Below are positions 8,075 through 10,119 of a stretch of DNA of 10,119 bases, in pieces. Under the pieces are notes generated by a model. The model saw only the letters and a list, made by a program, of their open reading frames with translations, was not told the DNA's origin and made no database searches. The position numbers were made by a program, and so were the translations under genes. Source of the DNA: Desulfurococcaceae archaeon (GTDB taxonomy: Archaea > Thermoproteota > Thermoprotei_A > Sulfolobales > Desulfurococcaceae); the NCBI GenBank assembly GCA_038888155.1, contig JAWAJB010000039.1:1-10119 (forward strand). Reading direction: 5' to 3'. The stretch's first letter is position 1. Each line of letters starts with the position of its first letter.

Positions 8075-8945
8075 GTAACCTCAGTTTTTGATAATACCAC
8101 ATAACCATGCAGTTAGGAAATAACAACTGAGGCTTGCCCATTAGAGTAATGCTGAATAGCATATTACGAAATACATAAAGAATTTTTGGTTTGTCTGAAT
8201 TCCGCATTTTGTTTCAGGAAAGTCCTTAAACCAGGACATTTTGAGTGATATGCGGATAGCCCGATGAATGATCTCTTAAAATTCTTTAAACCTGTTGATG
8301 CCATTACTTCGGGATCCATCAAATAAGACAGTGTCACATATCGAATAGAGTCGCTTACTGGAACCTCTGCTTAAGCTCACGATCTAACGGCATCTAAGGC
8401 TGCTAGCATCACACTTGTACTCTTCAATGTTTGTCTCACGAAGGCAGTCAGCATACATCTTTCTTCGCTTTTCTTTATACCTTTAACGCGATCAACGTTT
8501 GTAGACACTGCTTTTCTACAAAGGATTTCGGCAATTACATATTTCATAGTCATTCCCATATTTGAAACCCGGGTCCCACAGCATTGTGCTATTAAGATGG
8601 GAGAGAAGAAACTATATTTGCCGGCAGGTGTATAGAAAGTGGGATGCATATATCTTATGAGTGCGCTAACCCCTAGACCTCATGTTTGTCGGCTTTAAGC
8701 TAGAAAAAATGACAAACTACTAAACAGTAAGTGACGCTTAAAGCTATGGCATTTTTCCAGCTATTATGTAATCTATGTAATCCGTAACAGTCTCTCGCTA
8801 ACAATCTGCTCAAGGATCAGCTCTTCAAATTCTGCGACTAGCTCACCAGTTAGGGATGAACCATCAGTTTTCTCATTCGTTCTGAAACCAGAGACACCAT
8901 CATCTCTGTAATAAAACTGGTCATAGAAAACATGGGAGCGTGTGA

Positions 8946-8994
8946 CTAAGGCCCTGATTGCGAGCCCGCGTGAGTTCGAATCCCGCCCCTGTAC
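8946..8994 (+). repeat. Degenerate direct repeat of the tRNA-Leu 3' half (att-like remnant)
   Basis: CTAAGGCCCTGATTGCGAGCCCGCGTGAGTTCGAATCCCGCCCCTGTAC aligns by hand to tRNA 314-365 at about 40/52 columns (9 mismatches, 3 gaps) and keeps GTTCGAATCCC. Confidence 0.75.
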
Positions 8995-9039
8995 TCATCC
9001 CTAGCTAAGGTAAGGCTCTTTCCTAACCTTATGCTTACT

Positions 9040-9310
9040 CGGGTAATTTAATCCATTTGGTCCGAAGAACACATCATCTAAGTCCCATAGATTCTGTTGC
9101 GAGCCAGAAAGATAACGCTGGCGGAATATCCTATTATACTAGATGCGATACCTTGGAAACAAAAATGACCATCAACTTGTTCTCAAAGTGTCCAAGATAC
9201 GGGAATTCGGAAACGCCTCTGAACCCCGTTGAGGGTGGAACAAACCGGAACCTGTGTGAGGAAAATTGGGTGATGAAGCCGATCCATGTAAACCGATACA
9301 GTGCTGAACC
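9040..9310 (+). pseudogene. tnpB: Decayed TnpB (IS200/IS605-type) C-terminal fragment
   Basis: Frame +2 gives PKNTSSK (9062-9082); after a frameshift, frame +3 gives KDNAGGISYYTRC...TINLFSKCPRYG...PLN. This resembles the archaeal TnpB tail xPxNTSxxCxxCG...CxxCG...DRDxxAxxNL, but most zinc-finger cysteines and the DRD are lost. Confidence 0.6.
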
Positions 9311-9469
9311 TTTTGTCTCTCCAAGTAGCTTAGCGCCTTATGTAGCATTTTATAAGCTAGGAAGAAACCTACCACGAAAGCTCCGCACATAGCTCAGTAT
9401 GTAGTAATTATAGAGTCATGTACGCTTGAGCAATGGTATCTACACTAATAACTTGCTACCGCAAGTAGT

Positions 9470-9502
9470 AACCTCATGCTCTTCAGGGCAGGGAGGAATC
9501 GG
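9470..9502 (+). mobile_element. IS200/IS605-like right-end hairpin remnant
   Basis: AACCTCATGCTCTTCAGGGCAGGGAGGAATCGG can fold (TGCTC/GGGCA with a G-T pair, CCTC/GAGG). It resembles the recalled archaeal end motif ACCCTCGCCCTTCAGGGCGGGGAGG. Confidence 0.5.
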
Positions 9503-9565
9503 TAAAATGCGGTAGTCACGCTTTTATTTTTGGTTACCAGCAGGTAGATACTGCTTGGTGGTGGT

Positions 9566-9997
9566 ATAGGAGGTTCTAGACCTCTCAAGATAGGTGTTTA
9601 CATCCCTGGAGATTTAGCCGATGAGATATCTAAGGTCATGAGGGATGCTGGAATAGGCTCTATCTCGAGGGTAGTGCAGGAGAGTCTTAGGCTTTATCTC
9701 GCAGAGCATAGCTGGAGAACGGGTGGTGATGTCGTTGGAGCTTTAGGGATAGTATACGACCATGAAGCTAGAAATGTTGACGAAGAACTAACGGACATAC
9801 AGCATAAGTACTTAGACGTTGTTGTCTCTTCTCTACACGTGCACTTAGACCAGAGAAACTGCCTACTCGTAGTTGTAGTTAAAGGCTCTTCTAAAGCTGT
9901 TAAAGCACTCGTAGACGAAATCGAGAGAGTTGAGGGAGTTAAAGTAGTTAGATTAGCACTCATGTCTAAGCAGCCCGAGCAAGTAGAGAGTACTTGA
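9566..9997 (+). CDS. nikR: Nickel-responsive ribbon-helix-helix transcriptional regulator NikR
   Basis: YDH, IQH and LHVHLDQRNCL carry the His/His/His/Cys Ni ligands. The RHH N-terminus (RPLKIGVYIPGDLADEI) is in frame upstream of ATG 9638. The start position is uncertain; ATA 9566 is proposed. Confidence 0.88.
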   Translation: MGGSRPLKIGVYIPGDLADEISKVMRDAGIGSISRVVQESLRLYLAEHSWRTGGDVVGALGIVYDHEARNVDEELTDIQHKYLDVVVSSLHVHLDQRNCLLVVVVKGSSKAVKALVDEIERVEGVKVVRLALMSKQPEQVEST

Positions 9998-10119
9998 AGT
10001 CTGCGACTAGATAGCAGAGTACTCTTATCGAGTATATGTAGTGAAGTAGAGCTTACTAAATTTTATAATCTAAGTTATGTAGCTCAGCTTATAGAGCTAT
10101 TCTGAAGTTAATTTAGAGT

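Larger units (their letters stand above)
368..8994. mobile_element. Putative decayed tRNA-Leu-integrated genomic island; no integrase recognised
   Basis: Bounded by intact tRNA-Leu and a degenerate same-orientation copy of its 3' half. The cargo module is flanked on both sides by about 0.9 kb without recognisable genes. Confidence 0.5.

Noticed and set aside
8930-8998. Functional second tRNA or split-tRNA half
   Set aside because: No 5' half with a D arm, T stem mismatched, no CCA, and no obvious trans-splicing leader; treated as a decayed repeat.
9057-9392. ORFs 9057..9392 (+) and 9172..9390 (-) as real genes
   Set aside because: Better explained as a partial frame and an antisense shadow of the TnpB remnant.
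9694-9963. 89-aa - strand ORF
   Set aside because: Antisense shadow of nikR.

Overview
Archaeal window, probably Thermoproteota (GGTGA/GAGGTG-type SD sequences, GC-rich tRNA with encoded CCA, HTH_10 regulator). It opens with the 3' end of a class-III PLP aminotransferase and tRNA-Leu(GAG). A compact six-gene module follows: TAXI-type TRAP binding protein, fused TRAP permease, a Bat-like HTH_10 regulator (- strand), an isocitrate lyase/PEP mutase-family lyase, and LeuC/LeuD-type hydratase subunits. This looks like an uptake-hydration-cleavage pathway for a branched alkyl-maleate/alkyl-malate dicarboxylate (DmdAB+Dml-like), not leucine biosynthesis. Both + strand promoters share an 18-bp motif whose core resembles the Sulfolobus ara-box. 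The module is flanked by decayed DNA and bounded on the right by a degenerate copy of the tRNA-Leu 3' half, suggesting an old island integrated at the tRNA. Beyond it lie a decayed TnpB C-terminus, an IS200/IS605-like right-end hairpin and nikR, whose DNA-binding N-terminus has no canonical start codon. All assignments come from motif reading and recall; no searches were run.
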